Source: Candidatus Marinacidobacterales bacterium
Lineage (GTDB): Bacteria > Acidobacteriota > Vicinamibacteria > Marinacidobacterales > DATDRI01
Direction of reading: 5' to 3'
Length of the DNA stretch: 64,000 nucleotides
Assembly (NCBI GenBank): GCA_965219415.1
Contig: CBDCNP010000002.1
Coordinates: 2,784,001 to 2,848,000 of the forward strand
Numbering within the stretch: the stretch's first letter is position 1; each line of letters opens with the position of its first letter. The position numbers and the translations under genes are program-made. Of this stretch, positions 57,557-64,000 are shown piece after piece. The notes under the pieces were generated by a model. That model saw only the letters and a program-made list of their open reading frames with translations, ran no database searches and had not been told where the DNA came from.

Positions 57557-58929
57557 CTATTTTTTGTTGAGGAAGCTCTTGATTCCCCGCTCGATGAGCC
57601 TCTGTGTACCGCCACCGGTCAAGAGAGATTTCGCGTCCGGCAAGACCTTGGGTTCATCCCGAGTTCCCGTGATCCGGAAAGGGATAGCCACCCAACCCTC
57701 TTCGTCGGTCAGAGCGTCGAGCACCTCGTCCGGAACCTCGTTGATGACGAGGCCTTCGCGAGGGGTCCGCAGCAACAATTTTAGAGCGAGAGGGCCGTCC
57801 AGGTGGACGATCCCCTCGAGGTCGAGTCCCGCCTGGGGCGTCTCCAACCGGAATCGCTCGAGTATCAGCTGATTCTTCTCGATGCGAAACGGTGCCTCGG
57901 TCGCGCTGTACCGGGAACCCACCAAGGCCGTGCCACGCCCCAAGGCCTTTTCCAATGCCGCCAAGACGGGCGTAGCAGGCAACTTCCCTTCGTCGAGGCT
58001 TAGTACACCCTTTCCACTGATGCCCTTCGAATCCGTCCCGAAACCCTCCGTTTCGAGCTCGAGACGGCCGGTACCGAAACCCCCTTTCTTTTGCTCGAGC
58101 GATGGCGTTCATGTCGATCGGATCCCCACGCAGCGAGAACGTGTATCCGAACGGTATCCGATTGAAGTCGGCTTTCAATTGAGCATGAAACTTGCCTTGC
58201 TCGGTTGAGAACGTGAAGTCCTTCCCTTCTAGCAGCCCTTGGTCTAGGCTGAGCTCGCCGCGAACCTCTCGAATTTCCGTCTTATCCAATGTGAGCCCGT
58301 CCAGACGCAGCGATCCCTCCGCGGTGATGGCATGAAGAAGTGAGAGGGCGCGACGGTTGAAAATCAGGTCGTGGAGTGTAAGGTCGAGCCCGTCAATAGA
58401 AAAGGGGGAAGTCGAATCCTTTCGGATCGATCCATCCTCGATACGGATCTCGGAGATCTCGAGGTCGAGCCCCGGGACACGTTCTACGGAATCGCTCTCC
58501 CCACCCGCACGGTTCGCACCCGAAGGGGCCCCTTGAGATTCCTTCTTTCGCCTTGGTGCCCTTGGCAGACTTCTTCTTGCGCGCGGCGCCCCGTTCGACG
58601 AGCACCAGTTCGGAGCGTCTGATAAGAAGTTGATCGACGGCTACCCGCCCCGACAACAACGGGAGCCATCGGTGTCCCAGTATCAATTTATCGATCCGGG
58701 TATCGACGATCGTCCCCGGCAGGGAGCTGGTCGCTTCGACTCCTTCCAGCTCGAGCCCACGGATGAGGTTCAGACGAAATCTCTTGACCGAGAGTTTGGC
58801 ACCGGTAGTCTCCGTTGCCTTCTCGAGAACCGCTTTCCCGAGCTCCGGAGACTCGAAATCCACTATGAACACGACCGCTAGGACGACAAAGACGATCGCA
58901 GCCGCAAACACGAGAAGCTTCTTAGCCAT
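57557..58929 (-). pseudogene. AsmA-like protein split by two +1 frameshifts (about 58545 and 58088; possibly sequencing errors)
   Basis: N-terminal TM and AsmA-like beta-rich segments (PLLSG.V.V..L.I, G.V.LDG.L.L, IPF.ITGT..P.V.PD) across three consecutive ORFs. Deleting one A in each of two short A runs restores one frame. Confidence 0.65.
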
Positions 58930-59072
58930 GGGTCAAGAGTAGCAACGAGCCACTGACCGGTCAAAAACGGTGTCAAGTCTGGTGGATATACTCTATAATG
59001 ACTCTTTCACATTCACGTTTACTCGACGGTCGCGTTTCGTCGCCCAGCGAAGTGAATCCCAAAGGAGGCACA

Positions 59073-60884
59073 TTGGGAGGGCACAAGCCAAAGCGTAAAG
59101 AAAGCTCGAAGGCGCGAAAAGGATCGAAATCCAAGAAGAAGAAGGGGGCGGCTTCTAAAGGTTCCTTGCGCGTCGTCAAAGGCAAGTCGAAACAGATCGA
59201 GCTGCCGCTCACTGCCAAGGAGCGAAGAAAGCGATCTTCGCTAAAACTCGTAAGCCCCCCGAAGAATGCCGACAAAGCGGCGGAGCCCGCGACTGCCCAA
59301 CCGGCGAAACAGACGGGGCCCAAGAGTCCACCCCGAGTCTCTGCAGAAACTCTCGCCACCCGGCAACGCGAAATTTCGGTATCCGAGTTCTTCACTCGGA
59401 ACCGTCATCTCCTAGGATTCGATAATCCACAAAAGGCGCTGCTGACGACAGTCAAAGAAGCCGTGGACAACTCCCTCGACGCGTGTGAAGAAGCCGGTAT
59501 CTTGCCCGATCTCGAGGTGACGATAGAGACTCTGGCCGAAGACCGATTCCGCATTGCCGTTCAGGACAACGGCCCGGGCATCGTAAGGGCCCAGATCCCG
59601 AAGATCTTCGCCAAGCTGCTCTACGGCTCCAAGTTTCACACTTTGAAGCAAAGCCGCGGCCAACAAGGCATCGGCATCTCTGCAGCTTCCATGTATGGCC
59701 AACTCACGACCGGCAAACCTGTAAAAATCTGGTCGCGAACCGGAAAGAAGAAGCCGGCTCACTATTATGAGATGCATATCGACACCCGGACTAATCAACC
59801 CGAGGTCGTCAAGGACGATAAGCTCTCGAGCTGGAACCTCGACCACGGAACGCGGGTGGAGATCGAGCTCGAGGGCACCTACAAGAGAGGCCGACGCTCG
59901 GTCGACGACTACATCGAGCAAACGGCCATTGCTAATCCGCACGCTTCGATCAAATACATGCCCCCCGGCGGGGAGGCGGTGATTTACGAGCGTGCCACCA
60001 AAGAGCATCCGCGGGAAACGGTCGCGATCAAGCCCCACCCTTACGGGGTCGAACTGGGTGTGTTGATCAAGATGCTCAAGGAAACCCGCTCCCGCTCCCT
60101 CAAAGGAGCACTCATGGACGACTTCTCCCGTGTCTCCTCCAAGGTGGCCAACCAGATCGTCGAAAAGGCGGGACTTCGACCGGAGAACCGCCCGAAGAAA
60201 CTCTCGCGGGTTGACGTCGAGAAGATCTTTCGCGCCATCCCGGCGGTGAAGATCATGGCCCCTCCCACCAACTGCCTAGCCCCCATCGGTGAGGAAGCCA
60301 TCGTGTCCGGCCTCAAGAAACGGATCGAGGCCGATTTCTACGAGGCGAGCACTCGCTCACCGAGCGTCTACCGTGGCAATCCTTTCCAGGTCGAGGTCGG
60401 GGTGGCGTACGGAGGCTCTTTGGCGGCGGAAGAGCTGGCCGATGTTTTTCGCGTTGCCAATCGGGTCCCGCTTCAGTACCAAGCCTCGGCTTGCGCCATC
60501 AGCAAGGCGGTCATCGGTACCGATTGGAGGAACTACGGGCTCCAGCAGTCACGCAGTGCCGTACCGACCGGACCCATGATTCTGTTCGTTCACATCGCCT
60601 CGGTCTGGGTGCCCTTCACTTCTGAGAGCAAGGAAGCCATCGCACATTACCCAGAGATACTGAAAGAGCTCCGCCTGGGCCTCCAGGAAGTCGGAAGGAA
60701 ACTCGGCGCCCACATCCGACGGAGGAAGCGAGAAGCGGCGGAGACCAAGAAGCTGGCATACATTCAAAAGTACATCCCGCAAATCGGGATTGCATTGCAG
60801 GACATACTCTCCTTGACCAACAAGCAACGGGACAAGACGGTCAAGGTGCTCACCGACACGCTGGAGAGGAGTCGCAAGGTATGA
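59073..60884 (+). CDS. top6B: DNA topoisomerase VI subunit B
   Basis: [52 protein letters not shown] (GHKL), [26 protein letters not shown] start with GGAGG RBS. Confidence 0.95.
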   Translation: MGGHKPKRKESSKARKGSKSKKKKGAASKGSLRVVKGKSKQIELPLTAKERRKRSSLKLVSPPKNADKAAEPATAQPAKQTGPKSPPRVSAETLATRQREISVSEFFTRNRHLLGFDNPQKALLTTVKEAVDNSLDACEEAGILPDLEVTIETLAEDRFRIAVQDNGPGIVRAQIPKIFAKLLYGSKFHTLKQSRGQQGIGISAASMYGQLTTGKPVKIWSRTGKKKPAHYYEMHIDTRTNQPEVVKDDKLSSWNLDHGTRVEIELEGTYKRGRRSVDDYIEQTAIANPHASIKYMPPGGEAVIYERATKEHPRETVAIKPHPYGVELGVLIKMLKETRSRSLKGALMDDFSRVSSKVANQIVEKAGLRPENRPKKLSRVDVEKIFRAIPAVKIMAPPTNCLAPIGEEAIVSGLKKRIEADFYEASTRSPSVYRGNPFQVEVGVAYGGSLAAEELADVFRVANRVPLQYQASACAISKAVIGTDWRNYGLQQSRSAVPTGPMILFVHIASVWVPFTSESKEAIAHYPEILKELRLGLQEVGRKLGAHIRRRKREAAETKKLAYIQKYIPQIGIALQDILSLTNKQRDKTVKVLTDTLERSRKV

Positions 60885-62032
60885 GAGCCACCCAGGCCAA
60901 GCGCTACGCCGCCGACGTAAAGCGAAAGAACAAGCGGCTAGATCAGAACACGCTCAAGCTCATCAGCGGGACGGCGGACGAGACGAATCGGAAGATCCTG
61001 AGACGCGGCAAACCCGATTTGAAGTTCCCCGTTCGGTCGCTCTCTAACGTCAGCTATTCGAAACGAAGCGGCTATCTCGAGATCGGAAAACAGAAGAAAG
61101 TGCGAACGCTCACGGTGTCCACGGTGAAGACCTTTGCGCAAACGCTTCGCATGATGTCGCTCTCCAAGAATCTCATCGAAACCAACGACTTCGCCACCAA
61201 ACGAGACGCCTACTACCAGTCCAAGAACTGGGGCGACGCCGGATTCCAGGAGCAAACCGAGTCCGATACGGTCATGGACGACATCGAAGCGATGTTCTCC
61301 ATGCACAAAGTGAGTCGAGAGCAACTCCGGTTCACTCCCGACGAGCATGGCGGCGCCGTGGCCGGCCAGCTTGTTGTCTACGACCCCGATATCGAGACCG
61401 GCGCGGTGGAGCGGATCGATTGCACCCGTTTCGGCTCCGGCGCTTACTCGATCCCGAGCTCGGTGGAACATTTATCGTTCGAGACAAACGCCAAGTTCGT
61501 CCTCGCCATCGAGACCGGTGGCATGTTTCAAAGGCTGCAGAGCCACAAGTTCTGGCAGAAGGCCAAATGCATTCTGGTATCGATGGGAGGGGTGCCAACG
61601 CGCGCCACCCGCCGTTTCATCCGCAAGCTTTCCGAAGAGGCGAAGATTCCGGTGTACGCTTTCGTTGATTGCGATCCTTACGGCATCTCCAACATCTACC
61701 GCACGCTCAAGGTGGGTTCCGGAAACGCCGCCCACATCAATCAATTTTTCTGTGTCCCGAGCGCCCGCTACCTAGGGGTGACACCTCAGGATATTCGGGA
61801 CTACAAGCTCCCGACCCACCCACTCAAAGAGGTCGACATCAAGCGCGCCAAAGACGCCCTCAAGAACGATCCTTTCTTCAAGGGCGAGCCCGCTTGGACA
61901 CAAGCCATCACCCAATTGTTGAAGATGGGGGTGCGCGCCGAACAGCAGGCCCTGGCGAAGTGGGGGTTGAACTACGTACTCGAGGAATACCTTCCGCAGA
62001 AACTGAAGAAGGCGAGCAAGTTCCTTCCCTGA
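60881..62032 (+). CDS. top6A: DNA topoisomerase VI subunit A (Spo11-like)
   Basis: T.RDAYY (catalytic Tyr), F.EQ.ESD, IETGGMF, GVP.RATR, DCDPYG TOPRIM, AEQQAL; overlaps the top6B stop. Confidence 0.95.
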   Translation: MRATQAKRYAADVKRKNKRLDQNTLKLISGTADETNRKILRRGKPDLKFPVRSLSNVSYSKRSGYLEIGKQKKVRTLTVSTVKTFAQTLRMMSLSKNLIETNDFATKRDAYYQSKNWGDAGFQEQTESDTVMDDIEAMFSMHKVSREQLRFTPDEHGGAVAGQLVVYDPDIETGAVERIDCTRFGSGAYSIPSSVEHLSFETNAKFVLAIETGGMFQRLQSHKFWQKAKCILVSMGGVPTRATRRFIRKLSEEAKIPVYAFVDCDPYGISNIYRTLKVGSGNAAHINQFFCVPSARYLGVTPQDIRDYKLPTHPLKEVDIKRAKDALKNDPFFKGEPAWTQAITQLLKMGVRAEQQALAKWGLNYVLEEYLPQKLKKASKFLP

Positions 62033-62036
62033 ACCA

Positions 62037-62555
62037 TCACGAGGCGAACCACCTCAGCAGAGCCAAGGATCCGATCGCCGCGAAGAAAACCAAATACAAG
62101 AAGAGTGTCAAGGCGAAGAGTAGGCCTACCACTACCAGCGATTTCGAACGGGGTAAGTCGCCAGCGGTCTCGACCACGATCACTGCCACCACCAGCGAGT
62201 AGAGCGCCGCGAGGAAACCGAGAACGGGACCGATGAAAGGCACAGCCAACACCCAGTGAACCGGTGCTGACGCTCCGAGCGGCCGGTAGAGCTCCAAAAA
62301 GGATGCCGTCCCACCGAAGAGACGCGCCAACACATGCAAGAGCCCCACGACGACGAAGGACACGAGGGTCATCAGCAAGATCCCGAAAACCATGCCGCGA
62401 AAACTGAACTGTCCGACGCCGCTCGCTAAACCGGCCAGTGCAACGAAAAGGATAGCGGGCAGCAAGGCATCCTCGTCTCGGTAGACGTCACGAATGGTAT
62501 TCGTGTCCAGCTGGAGGATTTGAATCCCTTTCTGCAAGTAGCCGCCGAATTCCAT
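62037..62555 (-). CDS. Yip1-like integral membrane protein
   Basis: About five hydrophobic helices with ARLFGG.ASF and P.IG motifs. Confidence 0.65.
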   Translation of the reverse strand: MEFGGYLQKGIQILQLDTNTIRDVYRDEDALLPAILFVALAGLASGVGQFSFRGMVFGILLMTLVSFVVVGLLHVLARLFGGTASFLELYRPLGASAPVHWVLAVPFIGPVLGFLAALYSLVVAVIVVETAGDLPRSKSLVVVGLLFALTLFLYLVFFAAIGSLALLRWFAS

Positions 62556-62569
62556 TTCGTCGTTCTCCG

Positions 62570-63352
62570 TTAGAACCCCACGGTGGCGCCGCCGTCAACG
62601 AAAAGCACTTGTCCGGTAATGTAGCTCGACTCCGAGCTAGCGAGGAAAAGCATCGCTTGGCCGATCTCGTCGGGGCGCGCCATCCTACCGAGCGGCACGC
62701 GTGCGAGAAGCTTATCCCGAACTCTCTCCGGGACCGATCTTGCCATTGAGGTGTCGGTAAGTCCGGGAGCCACCGCGTTCACGCGGATTCCGACGTGAGC
62801 TCCTTCCAAGGCTAGTGACCTAACCAACCCTAGAATGCCTGCCTTGGACGCCGCATAGTTACTCTGGCCGATGTTGCCGAGAGCGGAGACGGAAGAAGTC
62901 GCGACGATGGTGCCGCCCCCCCGGGCTGACATCGCTTTGAAAGCGGCTCGGCAGGTGAGAAAGCAGCCCTTCAAATTCACGCTCAGTACCCGGTCCCACT
63001 CTTCTTCGCTGAGTTTTTCGACGAATCCATCCCGATTAATGCCGGCGTTGGCCCCCAGTACGATGTCCAGCCCTTCCCATCGAGCGAGGACCTCGGAGAA
63101 GACCTTTTCCACCGCTTCACCGTCGGTCACATCAGCCTGATGCACGGAGAAGGCATGGCCTTTTTTCTCGAGCTCTGCGGTGAAGGCCCCGAGTGCCGCA
63201 CCCGGCAAGTCGTTGAGCGCGAGCCGAGCACCCTCCTCGGCAAGAATGCGGGCCGCCGCTTGCCCTATCCCGCCCGCCGCGCCCGTGACGAGCGCAATCT
63301 TGCCCGCGACTCTCAACCGGATCGATTCCCTGTTCGTGGAGACGGAGAGCAT
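62570..63352 (-). CDS. Short-chain dehydrogenase/reductase (FabG-like)
   Basis: TGAAGGIG, NAGI, NLKG, YAASKAG, NAVAPG, YITGQ.L.VDGG. Start may be TTG at about 63316. Confidence 0.9.
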   Translation of the reverse strand: MLSVSTNRESIRLRVAGKIALVTGAAGGIGQAAARILAEEGARLALNDLPGAALGAFTAELEKKGHAFSVHQADVTDGEAVEKVFSEVLARWEGLDIVLGANAGINRDGFVEKLSEEEWDRVLSVNLKGCFLTCRAAFKAMSARGGGTIVATSSVSALGNIGQSNYAASKAGILGLVRSLALEGAHVGIRVNAVAPGLTDTSMARSVPERVRDKLLARVPLGRMARPDEIGQAMLFLASSESSYITGQVLFVDGGATVGF

Positions 63353-63517
63353 GTTAGCAGAGTTACCGCCCAGGGGGAAGTAGGGGTGTTGCAGATATGA
63401 GACAATGGGCAGAAGTTACTGTGGCAATCGTGACACAGTCCGGTTGGCACCCGCCGGCGTGCCGGCCCAACTCTTTTACCATCAGAGGCTTACTCCGTGA
63501 GCCCGTCACGGCATTCC

Positions 63518-63533
63518 TGGCACAATGCTTGCT
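63518..63533 (+). promoter_or_regulatory. sigma54 (-24/-12) promoter upstream of lpxC
   Basis: TGGCACAATGCTTGCT, exact GG-N10-GC, 41 nt before the ATG. Confidence 0.75.
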
Positions 63534-63574
63534 GGGTTTTGGCCCGGCTCATATAGAGGGGTTTCTGAGGTCTT

Positions 63575-64000
63575 ATGCATTGTCAAAGAACTCTAAAACG
63601 TGAAAGTGGCTGTGTGGGCATTGGCCTCCACTCGGGTCGAAAGGTGAGGCTAACCCTAAAACCTGCGCCGGCGGAAACGGGGATCGTTTTTAGAAGACTG
63701 GACCGCAATCATTTCGAGATCCCTGCCACCTCGGAACATCTTGCCCGTCTCAATTACGCAACCTGCCTTTCCAAGGGCGAAGTACGGATCGAGACGGTCG
63801 AGCACCTACTTGCGGCGCTCGCTACCCTGGGTGTGGACAACGCCATCGTCGAGCTCGACGCCCCCGAGGTTCCCATCATGGATGGCAGTGCCGCACCCTT
63901 CATCTACCTGATCCACGAGGCGGGGCTACGGAACTTGTCGAAAGAGCGTTCCTACTTGAAGCTCACCCGTCCCATCGCCGTGGAGTCAGAAGGTCGGCAA
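63575..64000 (+). CDS. lpxC: UDP-3-O-acyl-GlcNAc deacetylase (partial, runs off window)
   Basis: Manual translation: MHCQRTLK...GIGLHSG..V.LTLKPA....GIVF.R.D ... TVEHLLAAL..LGVDN..VELD..EVPIMDGSA.PF. Confidence 0.95.
   Translation, partial: MHCQRTLKRESGCVGIGLHSGRKVRLTLKPAPAETGIVFRRLDRNHFEIPATSEHLARLNYATCLSKGEVRIETVEHLLAALATLGVDNAIVELDAPEVPIMDGSAAPFIYLIHEAGLRNLSKERSYLKLTRPIAVESEGRQ

Noticed and set aside
58998-59072. ATG at 58998 as top6B start
   Set aside because: It overlaps a TATAAT -10-like box (58994-58999) and has no RBS; TTG 59073 has GGAGG.
63444-63462. Second TGGCAC upstream of lpxC (similar partial boxes near 33875-33915 and 34063)
   Set aside because: Lack either the GG or the TTGC at the required GG-N10-GC spacing.

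Overview
GC-rich bacterial chromosomal window of mostly core genes. The gene content (acidobacterial-type VWA protein, Ser/Thr kinase with beta-propeller repeats, aldolase-type microcompartment locus, lpxC) suggests a Gram-negative Acidobacteriota-like organism; this is inference. Contents in order: mog/moaB (partial), VWA protein, a frameshifted PilW-like prepilin, dGTPase, PilZ and XRE proteins, cca, a GldA/F/G-like ABC module, proC-dinB, a minimal bacterial microcompartment (BMC) locus (class II aldolase, 1 BMC-H, 3 BMC-P, a small Cys-rich protein with a putative encapsulation peptide), glycosyltransferases, larB, mutS2-dnaG-rpoD-tRNA(CAT)-zinc-ribbon gene, pgeF, a degenerate acpS, radical SAM, PPi-type pfk, a damaged kinase, the dcw cluster (mraZ to ftsZ, no ddl), a degenerate ychF, archaeal-type topoisomerase VI (B+A), an SDR and the start of lpxC. 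The most notable observations are: the enzyme-poor BMC locus; five sigma54-type -24/-12 elements, one apparently driving an ORF-free ~115 nt terminated RNA; a modular palindromic repeat family with one copy in frame inside a BMC-locus gene; and a Topo VI-B with a basic N-terminal tail carrying a beta-clamp-like motif. Several single-base frameshifts may be sequencing errors. All calls come from motif reading only; no searches were run.
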